DNA of 64,000 nt from Ginglymostoma cirratum (lineage: Eukaryota), in the NCBI GenBank assembly GCA_024137785.1, contig JAHRHZ010000016.1, positions 41,559,305-41,623,304 on the forward strand, read 5' to 3'. The notes beneath the pieces were generated by a model that saw only the letters and a program-made list of their open reading frames with translations, searched no databases and was not told the DNA's origin. A program made the position numbers and the translations under genes. Positions 50,540 through 62,379 of this stretch are shown in pieces; within the stretch, counting starts at the first letter, position 1, and every line of letters begins with the position of its first letter.

Positions 50540-50699
50540 TCTAATCGGATAACCAATATTTACAAAGCACGTGAAATCACAACTGTGTTTTACAGTATTC
50601 TAACTCTGAAAGACATTCAGCAAAGTGATGAAGGAGACTACATATGCAAAGTATCAAATAAAAATACATTAGAAAACAGGACTAAAGTTATTGTCTATG
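50540..50699 (+). CDS. kdrl: VEGFR exon 7 (Ig3 second half): SNRITNIYKAREITTVFYSILTLKDIQQSDEGDYICKVSNKNTLENRTKVIVY
   Basis: T-rich tract + tcacag acceptor, atg|gtaagc donor, 160 nt; FYSILT...SDxGxYxC motif. Confidence 0.93.
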
Positions 50700-50999
50700 G
50701 TAAGCTTTGTAGAGCTATTAAACACGTTTCATTTACATGACAGAGGTGCAGAAAGTCAGGTACTTGTGTTCCAATTTCTGGGTATACAGTAAGCTAACAA
50801 TACAAACTAAATCTATTTATCAATCTCATTCAGATTTGGGGAATCTGCTGTTATAATGCTTTTCTATATCTTCCAAAGACTCAAGGCAGCTTGTCTTCTT
50901 ACTTTATCCTTTTGTATTATTTTAAATGACTTCATATCAATTTTGATACTTATGACTAGAGGCAGTCGATATAACACTTACAAAACAACAGCATGAAGT

Positions 51000-51830
51000 T
51001 GTATAGCATAGTGTCCACAAGCAACTCCACAGACAGCAATCTGACACCTAACAGCACAAGGAGCTTTAAGGACAGAACACTAAAAGCTTAGAAAAAGTGG
51101 TATGTTTTAAGGCATGTCTTAAAAGAGGAGAAAGAGGTAGAGCGGCAAAGAGGAAAGGAATTCCAGAGATGCAGCTTTGGCAAATGTTAAAATTGGGGAT
51201 CGTATAGAATTGGAGGAGTGCAGGGATTCCAATGACCTGTCGAGTTGGAGAAGCTTACAAAGACAAGGAGGGACAAGGCTATTGAAAAAAATGGCTAGAA
51301 GCTTTGAAGTTTGAAGTTTAGGCTGACTGGGTGCCACAATGAGCAAAGGGTGATCAGGACTGACTGCAAATTAGGACAAAGATGGCAGAGCTTTCAGTCA
51401 GCAAACTTACATTGAATCGACAATGGGACGCTCAGCTAAAAAGTATAGGAATAGCCAAGACCAGAGGTAAGAAAAGCCTTGATAAGGATTTCAACAGCAC
51501 AACAGCCGAGTGGGGGGGTAAAATTGCTCAATGTTATGGAAGTGGAAGTGGGTTGCCTTAATAATGAGCAGTTTTAGTCAGCTCTGAGGGATGGAGTTGA
51601 TGGCTATATCAGAAGTTTATTTCAGGGCCCAAAGTCAATGTCTTTAGTATTCCTTACATTTAGCTAGAGTAAATGCTGCTTATTCTGTGTTCAAACTGAG
51701 ACAAATAATACGATTAATTAGAAACAATGAAGGGGTTGAGAGAGATGGTAATGGGATAGGACTGGGTGTTAGCAGTTTACACATCAAATTGGACATTATG
51801 TTTATGGAGAATGTTGCTAAAGGACGTCAT
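51000..51830 (-). mobile_element. Old L2-like LINE fragment
   Basis: tgttttaaggcatgtcttaaaagaggag...gaattccagag; gactgggtgttagcagtttacacat is a decayed antisense YADDTQ. Confidence 0.6.
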
Positions 51831-53589
51831 TTAGTTCAGTGATAGATTACTAGGGACCCAAGAGGTACCACATGTAGTTTGAATTCAGGGTTTGAATCAG
51901 TGATACTCTGAATATAAAATATAAATACAAATAAATTTGCAAGATCAATGGAACTATCTTTATTATGAAAAATCCTTACCTGGCTTAAAATCAACATAGT
52001 ATTATAGCTAACTGTAGCTTTGTGGACTGGAATATTTTAAGTAAACTTTTTTTGTGTTGGTAGAGTTTCTTTCCAAATTTGATAATCAGTCAACTTTTCA
52101 TCACACCAAGTACGGTTACTATAAGTGATCATAAATTAGCCACTTAGGGGCCTTGATTGGGAAAAGGTTAGACTGTCAGCCTACACCTCGCCTTTTGTCG
52201 TAAAATTGGAGACATGGGGAGGTCAGATTTAAGGCCAGTGGGAAGGCTAACTGAGGAGTAGTACAGCTTCGCACACAAGCACCCACCCATCCCTCCAAAT
52301 CTACCTGCAAACTGTAGATTGGAAAATTCTATGACCTGTAAACAGCACATAAAAGACGTATATACAATAGATAACATAAATTAAAGAAAAAGAAAATTTT
52401 TTGCAAAATAGAATCTGTGGAAAATATAATAAAATATATGTTTATTTACCATTGCTTTATTAGTTGGGTGCCATGTCCACCATATGTCAGATTATCAACT
52501 ACTGTCAGTTTCATCATCATGTTGTAGCAGCTCCAATTTTGGAAATTCTTGGCAAGTCTGGTAGCTACTGTGGATAGAGAAACAAGAAACCCCCTGCAAT
52601 TTTGGCCCCAAATAAAATAACAGAGGCATAGAACTCTCTGAGGAAGAGCCATATTTCACTCAAATTGTTGGGCAGGATTTTCATTCTAGATCAGGATAGT
52701 GAGAGCTCAGAGATCAAACAGCCAGAGCGATCAGTCAGGCTGGAGTAGAGCTATTTAAACTCTCCAGTGGTTATCTAGGGTCTCAACCAAGCCTCACGAT
52801 GTATTGTTGGCTAACAATCCTAATATCCCACAGCCTGTTAAAACACCTGAACTCCTGCTTGATTGACTGCTCTGGTTGTCTGATCCCTGTCAATTTCTCA
52901 ATATTTACTTACGGAAGTGTTACAAGTGCCTAGTGGTTTGAGAAATTGAAACTTTAAAGGGCCTGGATGATGAACACTGACATTAGGATGCAGTGAACTT
53001 TTTTTACATTAAAACATAACGATTTTAATTTTGTGGAAGATTATGAATGATTCCCTTTTTTTCAATTGTTTTATTCAGGAAAATGTCATGATAGATTTCT
53101 TTTTTAGAAATGCAGTGTGCGGTAGATGAATGAGTTTGGCAGTGCCTTGGCTTGGCAAGGGATTTTTCAACAGCCATAAGTTGTTTGGGTATGAACCTTG
53201 GCACGGGGAGCATAAGAAGCCAAGGGAAGGGCTTGAGGGAGTATACCTTGGCATGGGGGAACATGCAGAGAACTTTTTGTCCTTATCTTTCAAAAGGTTG
53301 TCTGATGAAGAATCTACTCCATGACCCTCTGACGTGCCACGAACCATGATCCTTAAAAAATCTGCCCCAACTGCATTGAAAAAAACAGATAAGTAGGCCT
53401 TAACTTTCTGCACAATAGAGTTGGCAAAGTTGGGGTGAGAGGCCCAAACTTGCGATCAAACTACACTCCTAAAAGGCACTCCCAAAAACTGGAAAACACA
53501 AAAAAGGACTCAGGAATCCCAGAATCAGATACCCACCACTATTTTTACAGAAGTCTAGCGTCAACCTGACTCAATGGAAATCTGACTCA

Positions 53590-53695
53590 TTAATTCTGTT
53601 TCTCTTACCACAGGTGCTGCCAGACCTGCCTGAGTTCTGCCAATGCTTCCTGGTTCTTGCTCTGATTTCTAGCATTCGCAGTATTTTGCTTTTAT
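53590..53695 (+). mobile_element. Penelope terminal fragment
   Basis: cacaggtgctgccagacctg...ctgatttctagcattcgcagtattttgctttt. Confidence 0.65.
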
Positions 53696-54055
53696 TTTAA
53701 TGTAAAGATTACTGCTGGTTTGATATAGATACATCATCTTCACTGCCAGTATGTTTATACTTAGGATGAATTTTTTTAAAAATTCTACCCCTCATAATGC
53801 ACGTTGCTGAAAAGACAAAAAGATGACTAATTACTAATTGCAAATTACTATAGAGCAAAATGTAAATCTCGCAAATTTCTGAGGTTTGTCTAGGTGTCCC
53901 ATGTAACATCAGCAGAAACCATAAAATGACAGTATCAATTCAACTTCACTTGTATCCAAGTAAAACAGGTTTTGATTTAAACTGCATTTATTCAGTATGA
54001 TTTCATACCATTTCTCTAGTCTTCTAATAGTTTTATTTTTCTCTTCCAACTGCAG

Positions 54056-54173
54056 ATAAGCCTTTCATTAAAGCAAGAGTAAAAACGAACAAACCTTTGG
54101 ATGTAATGGTTGGAGAAAAGTTTGTGAAACTATCTGCGAAAGTGAATGCTTTCCCAACACCAGAGGTGTCCTG
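54056..54173 (+). CDS. kdrl: VEGFR exon 8 (Ig4 first half): (D)KPFIKARVKTNKPLDVMVGEKFVKLSAKVNAFPTPEVS(W)
   Basis: Long pyrimidine tract + tgcag acceptor, tg|gtaaag donor, 118 nt; KPFI...AFPxPEVxW motif. Confidence 0.94.
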
Positions 54174-54684
54174 GTAAAGTGCATCCATTTGATTCTTCCA
54201 CAAATCCTCCTTTTTAATGAGCTCATTGTTTTAAAAATCTTGTTTTTACTTCACTAACTTTCTCTTATCTTTTCCGAAAATGAAAGTTCAGTTTTCAGTA
54301 CTTTCAGGTCAGGTCAATTGATTGTTGGGTACAAAAATAATTAAAAGATCCAGCAACCATGCAGGAAGGTCAAGTTAGAAGTTCAGCCATGATCTTGTTG
54401 ATTCGCAGAGCAGGTTCAAAAGGCAAATAGCCTACTGAAGATTTTATTTCTTATGTTATAGGAACCCCACAATTATCACAACAGTAGCCTCAGCTTTGTC
54501 TTCAACAAATTTACCCTGAATAGCAATTATGAATTTTACTGGAAAAGTTGCAAAGCCAGCCAAATAGAATGAGACCTGGCAGCTACACCTGATATTTTTC
54601 CCAATGCATGATTGGGATAACCTCTGGCTAAAAATAATTGCTGAGACCATTTCACTGAGAGTTTGCCAGAGGTGACAGAAACAA

Positions 54685-55151
54685 ATACTTGCATGTAAAG
54701 AGCAGCTTTCACGACGTCCAAATGTTCCAAGGAATTTTATTCCTAATTAAACTTTCAAAAACTCAGCAAGCATTCTACCAGTCGTCAATGTTACAATATA
54801 GGAAATGTGGCAGCCAATTTCTGCACAGCAGACTCCCACAAACAACAATGTAATAATGACCAGATAATTGTTTCCTAATTATGTTTATTCAAGGATAAGC
54901 ATTTGCCAGGATATCAGGGAATATCACCCTCCCATCCTATTTTTCTTCATTGTAGTGCAAATATACCCTGTACATTCCACAGTGAGGGCCAACTAAGCCT
55001 TGACATCTCTTCCAAATGATCGCACCTTCCCCAGTGCAGCATGCCTTCAGTACTACACTGCAACATCAACCTAGATTTTTGCCTTCAGTCTCTTGATTGA
55101 GATTTGAATACACAGTTTCTCAATCAGGTGAGAATGCTACCAACTGAGCCA
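54685..55151 (-). mobile_element. Near-complete Deu-domain SINE (SacSINE1-like)
   Basis: Minus-strand head tggctcagttggtagcattctc...; core aggaaatgtggcagccaattt.tgcacagc...aatgaccagataat; tail acttgcatgtaaagagc. Confidence 0.8.
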
Positions 55152-55195
55152 AATAAAACTAAGTTGTCATCCAGATCAGTGAAACCACACCAAAA

Positions 55196-55277
55196 TTAGG
55201 CCCGAAACGTCAAGCTCTCCTGCTCCTATGATGCTGCTTGGCCTGCTGTGTTCATCCAGCTCCACACCTTGTTATCC
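55196..55277 (+). mobile_element. Penelope terminal fragment with the 3' half of a hammerhead motif
   Basis: ttaggcccGAAACGTCaagc...gatgctgcttggcctgctgtgttcatccagctccacacc. Confidence 0.8.
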
Positions 55278-56159
55278 GAAGTTAGGGGAGTTGATTGCTA
55301 AATTGTTCAAGTTGTCTATATATGTATTTTCTTAACCAATATCTTTTGGTCGCCTTACCACTTTTTACCAAATCCAAATATGAGATAGGTTCATGGTGAT
55401 ATCATTAACAATTCCATGTTAATTTTATTGTTAAGATAAACAAATGAACAGCATTGTTTAACTTAGTAACAAGAGCACTTATAAAGACAGGCAGCTGGAA
55501 CATTCAGACTAGTAAGTAGAAGACAGACATATTTAATGGTGCATTTTGTAAATAAACCTACTATCAAGAAAAAGGATTGGCGTCTCTTTTCATACTTTGC
55601 AATCTGCTTTGGGACCCATTTAAAAAGAATCATGACTTCTGATGCTTGCTTTGTTGATAATAAGAATTCATCAGAAAGTTAATGGGCTCATTAACGTCTC
55701 CTGATTCTGCAAAAAATAGATTTTATTTGTCTTTAGAAAGAAGATATGTTAGAGAGCTGACAGTCTGCTCAAAGGATAAATGGTCTATTAATTTTCAAAC
55801 AAGGAGTGCAGTAATTTGACAACTAAGTGAAGGAAATTCTTCCAGACTAACCATCATCCTAGTTATAGATAAGGTGGAACTTTTAAGTACAGTGAAAATT
55901 ACGGCTAAAATGTTGATCATACTTACTAAATATCTGGCAAAATAATAGTCCATCTATTGAATATTAATAACGTTTTTTAAAATACGTCTTTTCCTCTGAA
56001 GTTTTCACCACTTAGCAAACAATCACATCCATCACATGACTTTACTGAGCAGAGAAGATAGTGCCATCTTGTAATAAGCATCCCATCTGAGCCGCTTTGT
56101 GATTGACAAATAGTATAGAGTCATAGAGGTCTTTAAAAAAAGTAACATTGATATTGTCC

Positions 56160-56335
56160 AACTCTCTCATTAGGGAGACACAACTGGTGGTGAGCTTAAC
56201 CTGAGTGTCACCACATTTCAGGTAAGGGACAAGGTTGAGAAGGCAGGACCGTAAGCATAATGCTAGTACAGGATTTGAACCCAGACCATAGGGATCACTC
56301 TGCATCACAAATCAGCCAACTGAGCTAACGGATAC
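56160..56335 (-). mobile_element. tRNA-derived SINE of another family
   Basis: Minus strand gttagctcagttggc (A box) ... gggttcaaatcc (B box) ... ccttctcaaccttgtccc...tcaggttaagctcaccaccagt. Confidence 0.7.
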
Positions 56336-56339
56336 CCAG

Positions 56340-56685
56340 GGCTGTGCAGAACAGAAAAACACCTATTGACCCATCGAATCGGTGCAAGTCAAAACAACCA
56401 CCTAACTACTCCAATCCCATTTTCCAGCTCTTGGCCCCTAACCTTGCGTGTCCTGGCATTGCAAGTGTAGCTCCTAAATACTTCTTAAATATTATGTGGG
56501 TTTCTGCCTCTACCAGCCTTACTTCACATCCCCTCTACAACTCCTGCCCCTTACCTTAAACATATAGCCATTGATCCCTCCTCTCCACCAAGGGGAAAAG
56601 TGCCTTCCTGTTTACCTATGACCCTCATTACTTTATACATCTCAATCCTGTCCCCACTCAGTCCCCTCTGATCAAAGGAAAACAA
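56340..56685 (-). mobile_element. Old CR1 3' end
   Basis: ccaatcccattttccagctcttggccc...ccaaggggaaaagtgccttcctgtttacctat...tttatacatctcaat. Confidence 0.7.
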
Positions 56686-58637
56686 GTGTTCCTTAACTAG
56701 TTCATTTTGCCAGTATTGTCATTATTATCACTCCCATCTACAGTGAACCATTACTATGTTGTTCTCATCTAGTGTGCTAAAGCTAAGAACTATTAAAACT
56801 CTTTCAATTAAAATGCAATTGTAATCAGAAACACTCGATCAACAGTCAAGTAGCACTGCTACTGGAATTACCACGATACCTCATGGACTTTGTCAATTAT
56901 TGTTACAATGAAAGCACCGGATGATTTTTTTTGTTCCCTTTTTACCATTCCTTTCCTTGAGATGTTGTCTCACATTTTGTACTGATATTCAGAACCCTCT
57001 GTCATTTCTTTGCATGTGGAAATGGACAGTAATTGTCAGCAAGTTGTTTAACCATGGAAAGTTGTATAGCTGACCTCAATGTCTGGGTCCATCACTGAAC
57101 ATCCACCCACCAGCAGATTCCATTGATAATCATTGGATGCCAATCAAAATGGGAATCTTGACCTTCTTTTCTGCTCTCTTTGACAGTATGGGCAGTATGT
57201 GTCAAAGCTTTTTTCTGTCCAATCTGGCAAAGGATTTAAGGTCCAAGCTGTTTAAATCAGTTTTCCACTTCATTCGCAATGTCAATTTAAATTCTGCCTT
57301 TGGCACATCCCACATCAAGAAATTCTTCTTGTCCTATCATTAGAAAGGCTCAGACAGCTAGTGTGCAGCATGTTGAGATTCAGGATTAAACTTCAGAAGC
57401 TGCAACAGTGGGGAAGCATCAATCAGTGTGGTCAGTTACCTTCGAAATGTTTCCGGACCAATCTCTAAGACACTGACATTATCCATTAAGTCAGCCCTTT
57501 CCAGGCTTTGGTGTCTCAGAGTCAATTTGTTTGTTTCATGTTGCTTTGCCATCCATCAGACAACTAAAATACCTTCTCAGGAAATGACCAACTCCATGAA
57601 GACAACCAAACTCCTGATTATGGAATTGTGGCTGTGGTTTTGCCAATAGTTAGGTGCAGTTTCCACTCTTGCACGTGCACTTGCGAAAGTTGCAATCCTA
57701 TGTCAGGATTGCAGTCTTTTTAGGACACTGAGGCATTGGCACTGCTTTATACAAGATGACCATGAAAATACAAACTGGACATGTACTCCAGCATAACTTC
57801 CCTACCTCTATGTAGTGCACACTTCCAAGTAAAAGGTTATTGTTGCTGCTAGAAACAGTGATGCCCACAATCATCCTAAATCAACAAGACCAGCACTTTA
57901 GCTAAAGCTTACATAAGGAAATTGCTATCTGAAGTCAGTTTCCTGACTACAAGTAGGCTCCAGAGATTAGGCCTAACAGCTTTGAAAATGAAAAATAAAA
58001 CAGTATCAGTTAATAAAAAGAAAGGAGTTGTACTTAAGAAGTTCCAGTAGATTATTAAAGCATTATTCAGTATTTGCAGTTGTTATAACTCACTGTGCAC
58101 AGTCATTCTGCCATTTATTTATTAAAGCAAGACTGATTCCAAGACATTTCAGTTACTATTGTATTTATTTTCCAGTCAGTGAATTGTAGGAAAAACAGTC
58201 AAGCAGCTGTAATAAATATTTATTAAAGTTGTGTGTCAGCTTAGTTCAATTGTTCCTTGTCAAACAGATAAATAAAGGAATGATAGAAATAAAGCTGAAT
58301 CACAATGTCAATCCGTCGCTCAGTAGTCTGATTTTAAATTACTTCTAAATCACATTTAAAACATTTTCGAAGCTATTTCTTTGTAAAATTGATTAAAATT
58401 AGTTTCCTCATACATTTTAAAAGATCATTAAACAATCATTTAAATAAAATCAGAATGTATCCATTTATGCCTATGTATGATCCAGCTTAACCTTTGCAGC
58501 CTCCTTGAAGACATGCAAACATGCAAACTTACGTAAAAGTAATAGTCCAGAACCAGTGGTCTTAGACTGAGGATTCCAGGACCGGGGTAACAGTTTGAGA
58601 ATTCGGGGTAGACCATTTAGCATATAACAGTGCTCCT

Positions 58638-58797
58638 TCACAAGCTTTCGGAACGCTGCTCCTTCATCATTTCACCTTGACGAAGTGGCTATGCTCCGAA
58701 AGCTTGTGATTTCAAATAAACCTGTTGGACTATAACCTGGTGTTATATGTCTTCTGAATTTGTCCACCCAAGTCCAACTCTAGTACCTCCACATCAT
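58638..58797 (+). mobile_element. Penelope terminal insertion of a second family with inverted hammerhead-like motifs
   Basis: tcacaagctttcggaacgctgctccttcatca (minus-strand copy) followed by tgacgaagtggctatgctccgaaagcttgtga and aataaacctgttggactataacctggtgt. Confidence 0.75.
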
Positions 58798-58839
58798 GGC
58801 ACCCCCATCACCAGACAAATAAAAAAGAAACTCATTCAA

Positions 58840-58882
58840 CAAGGAAAGATGACGTTTCAGGTCAGGACCCTTCTCCAGAAAT
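58840..58882 (-). mobile_element. Penelope hammerhead-bearing fragment
   Basis: Minus strand ttCTGGAGA-A-GGGTC-ct-GACCT-GAAACGTC-atctttcc. Confidence 0.6.
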
Positions 58883-59009
58883 CCAAGAGTAATAATGTGG
58901 CATCTTGTACATTGGTTATCGTCACTTTTGGTTACACAATGAGTTACTTTGAAATGCAATAGCTGCTATGAGTAAACAAATGTAGCACTCATGTGAGTCA
59001 TCTGTCTTG

Positions 59010-59530
59010 TGTCATAGAGTCACAGAGCATGGAAACAGACGCTTCGGTCCAAACAGTCCATGCTGACCAAAATCCCAAACTAAACAAGTCCCACCTGTCG
59101 GCGCTTGGCCCATATCCTTCCAAACATTTTCTACCTATCCAAATGTCTTTTAAATATTGTTACTGTACCCGCATCCACCACTTCCTCTGTAAGTCTACTC
59201 CAAACGCAAACCACTCTCAGTATATTAAAAAAAAATGCCCCTCACATCTTTTTAAATCTTTCTCCTCTCACCTTAGGTTAAGGGGTAGCAATTTAAAACA
59301 GAGTTGTGAAGAATTATTCCTCTAAATCAATAGAATTCATTATGCCAGAGTGCAGTAGATGCCAGGTCACTGAATAAATTTAAGGAGGTGAATGACAGAT
59401 TTTAATTTGTTATGGTTTAAAGAGTTATATAGAGCAGGCAGGAAAGTGGAATTGAGACTGAGATGGGATAAGCCATGATTGTAATATACGATAGAGCAGG
59501 CTCCAGGTGCTGAATTCCCAACTCCAGGTC
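59010..59530. mobile_element. Two CR1 3' ends joined head to head (minus 59010-59273, plus 59275-59530)
   Basis: gtcatagagtcacagag tail on the minus copy; aaggggtagcaatttaaaacagag...atagagcaggctc on the plus copy. Confidence 0.7.
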
Positions 59531-59963
59531 TTAGTCGTTGTGTTTTTATGCTGTTCATAAGAGAACATCACAAATATCAATATGATGAATAATCAATTCA
59601 CTTGTTTCTGGTGATGAAAAAGGTCAGCTAGAAGTTTGAGAGGCTCTGCTTTTCTTCAAATCATGATGTTGGATCATTAATATCTGATGATCATAAAAAA
59701 GTATATTTTTGAAACATCTTATCTGAAGGATGGCACTGACTTGTAATGCAATAGTCCTTCTGTATTGCTCTGGATTGTGGGCAGAAATAATAAACTCAGA
59801 GCCTGGGTCATGAATTTCTGATCCAGAACGACAAACACTACCAAATGGTTGGATTAAGTTGGTTAAAACGATAGTGAAAATATGAAAAGTTGCAATTGGG
59901 ATAAAATACACAAGGAATGTTAATCTTTATTTAGTCCACCTAATCTGTAGCTTTGCATAACAG

Positions 59964-60139
59964 GTACAAAAATGGAAAACTTATTACACAGAATCAGACT
60001 TGCTATGTCCGAAACCGATATTCATTAAAAATAATGCGTGTGTCAAAAGATGATGAGGGGAATTTCACTATTTCACTGAACAATAAGCTGCATAACCTAC
60101 AGAAGAACCTCACCTTCACATTAAGAGTGCTTAGAAATG
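59964..60139 (+). CDS. kdrl: VEGFR exon 9 (Ig4 second half): (W)YKNGKLITQNQTCYVRNRYSLKIMRVSKDDEGNFTISLNNKLHNLQKNLTFTLRVLRN
   Basis: aacag acceptor, atg|gtaagt donor, 176 nt; WYKNG and DxGNFT...KNLT motifs. Confidence 0.93.
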
Positions 60140-61044
60140 GTAAGTTAATTACATTTCATTTTGTCTATCGGCAGATCATAGGATGTTGCGGGTGTTACGA
60201 ATCTGAAATAAAGATAGAAAATCCTTGAAATGCAAATGGTAATTGTGTCCTGAAAGGAATAAAGACAAGCAAACATCACAAGTATTTGGCCTCCATCAGA
60301 ACTCTACATCTAACCATACTCAGAATGTTAGCCTGCATTAGTTCCTTTTCCTTTTGAGGCTCAAATGAATCTGCTGTGCATTTCCAACAGTTCTGTTTTG
60401 ATTTCAGCGTACATTATGGTCTGGGTCAGCTGGAAAAGCTCAGGGGGAGTATGCATAATACAAATACAAAAAAAAAAATCACCCAAACTATTTCAATTTC
60501 TTCAGAAGTAGCAAGCATTCCTTTGGGAGTCAGATTTTTTTACCAAAAAAATTCAGAGCATGCACTGCAGTTCTTTTTGTTGTACAGCAGAGTTCCCTTG
60601 TAGGCTATAAATGATTTATTATTTGCACATTGTGTTATGTTTAGTTTTTCTGTGCTTTCTTGTCAAAGCAGTTTTCAAGAACAACAAGCTAAGCCAGACA
60701 CAGTTTCAAAAAAAGAAGTTCAACAGCGTTACAGGAAAGGAATGCTGGTAATAATTATAAGAAGTACTTCCACCAGCGAAATTTCTTTTGAAGTCAGTGT
60801 AATAGAAAGGTCCATTACTACAAGAGCAATTGTCTGTCAAGGGAATTTTAAAAAAACCGTGAGGTGATAGCTTGCGAAAAGAACCATTTTTTTCTTTTTG
60901 TAGGGCCATCATAGGAGTCTGGACAGACAGATCTGATTGCTCCCAGGTTTAATGCCCTTGCACTGAAACCATTGGCAAGATTTCACTTTCGGCATTTGTG
61001 TACCTAATTTCCTAACCCTAACCCAACTAATGCAGACATTAAAA

Positions 61045-61176
61045 ACTGAAATAACTGTGGGTGCTATAAATCAGGAACAAAAACGGAAGTTGCTGGAAAA
61101 GCTCAGCAGGTCTGGCAGCATCTGTGAAGAAAAAATCAGAGATAATGTTTCAGGTCTGGTGAACCTTCTTCAGATT
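61045..61176 (-). mobile_element. Penelope terminal fragment with a hammerhead-like motif
   Basis: gttgctggaaaagctcagcaggtctggcagcatctgtgaag is the reverse complement of 28322-28362; minus strand CTGAAGA-A-GGTTC-acca-GACCT-GAAACATT. Confidence 0.8.
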
Positions 61177-62379
61177 CCCTTCCTCAATTTAATGCAGGCA
61201 TTAAATTGGACATTTGTCTAGGCAGGGAAGAGAAGTGAAGATCACATAAAAATGGATAATGCTGAGCTATTTAAGAGTATGACCTACAATCTACTGATCT
61301 GCCCAAGATGGACCATTAAACAGAAATTTTCAAACCATGAATAGAAATATTCAAGGTAAATATAGTGTAAAAATTTAATCAGAGATTGTTGCTTCTGATG
61401 GTTCATGCTGGTAATTGCACTAGAGAGTCTGAGCCTGCAGCTTAAAGACAAGAAAATCTAAAGATTCAATGCCTGGTCGATACTGAGTTAATGATAGTGA
61501 GATTACTGCAATACAATTCAGGAATAGTTATCCAATGCCATATTATTCTGTGCAGCAGGTGAGATCAGTATTGTGTTTAGCTTAAGGTGAACTAGCTTGC
61601 TAATGTTCTCACATGATTACTCAATGAAATTGTGGGGTGCAGGCATCTATAGAGAGATTACCCATCAAGTTGGCACCTTTAGGAAAAACTGAGAAAAAAT
61701 ATGGCAACAAGGTCTTAAAATATGCAGCTTTCCTGTTACAATACCGAATGCTTATAACTTAGTTACCGGAGTAGATTTTTATTTCACCATCTGATTAGCT
61801 GATAGACAGATTAACAGCCCATTACACAACTAATGATGTGTGGCAGTTCAATTATAAATTATAGTCTAATGATGTTTCAGTATCTCATGTCCATGTTAAT
61901 TCAAATTGCTGACACCGTTGAGCTCAATAGCTCTTTGAAACTTTTGTCCCTAATGACAAGCATCCACAGTTTAAGCAACCTTGCTTCCATCCAAATAAAA
62001 AGGTTTTACAGTGAAATATAATTACTACTGTTTTATCGCCATTTAGTGTCCTACATCATTCTTTGCTGGGAATTCAAAACTTCACAATTCCCTACCTCCT
62101 TCAGCCTTTCCTCCTACCAAGCTTCAGCCTGGGCTCGGTGGGAGAATTCATCTCTCAAAGTCAGAAGCTTGAGGCTTAAAACCCAACTTTAGAGATTGAT
62201 GTGGGAAGGAATTGGAGGCGTCTTCTTTCACTGCCCAATGAAGGCAAGCGTGCCAAATGCTTCTCCACCATCCTGTCTACCTGTAACTTCACTCTCAAGG
62301 AACTATGCATCTGCACTCCGAGGTCAGCAACACTCCCCAGGGCCTACAACTAACTATTTAAGTCCTGCCCTGGTTTGCT

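Larger units (their letters stand above)
6118..60139 (+). other. kdrl: Partial VEGF receptor tyrosine kinase gene (probable kdrl/VEGFR4; flt1 is the alternative), exons 2-9, Ig domains 1-4
   Basis: Eight exons join in frame with intron phases 1|2|1|0|1|0|1|2|1. Lengths are 97, 221, 125, 157, 140, 160, 118 and 176 nt, close to the FLT1/KDR layout as recalled. Motifs NDTG, YVFVKD, PCRVT, WDPKRGF, TKVIVY and WYKNG..NxTCY resemble recalled fish Kdrl more than Flt1 or Kdr. Confidence 0.7.

Noticed and set aside
52670-53372. Possible Harbinger-type MITE (gggcaggatttt ... aaaatctgccc)
   Set aside because: The inverted termini are short and imperfect and I could not identify a TSD.
3913-56335. tRNA genes
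   Set aside because: All A/B-box sequences are SINE heads without a complete cloverleaf.
57692-57714. Hairpin tgcaatcct-atgtc-aggattgca
   Set aside because: An isolated 9-bp stem with no supporting context.
61010-61025. Interstitial telomeric repeat (cctaaccctaaccc)
   Set aside because: Only about two units; compatible with chance.
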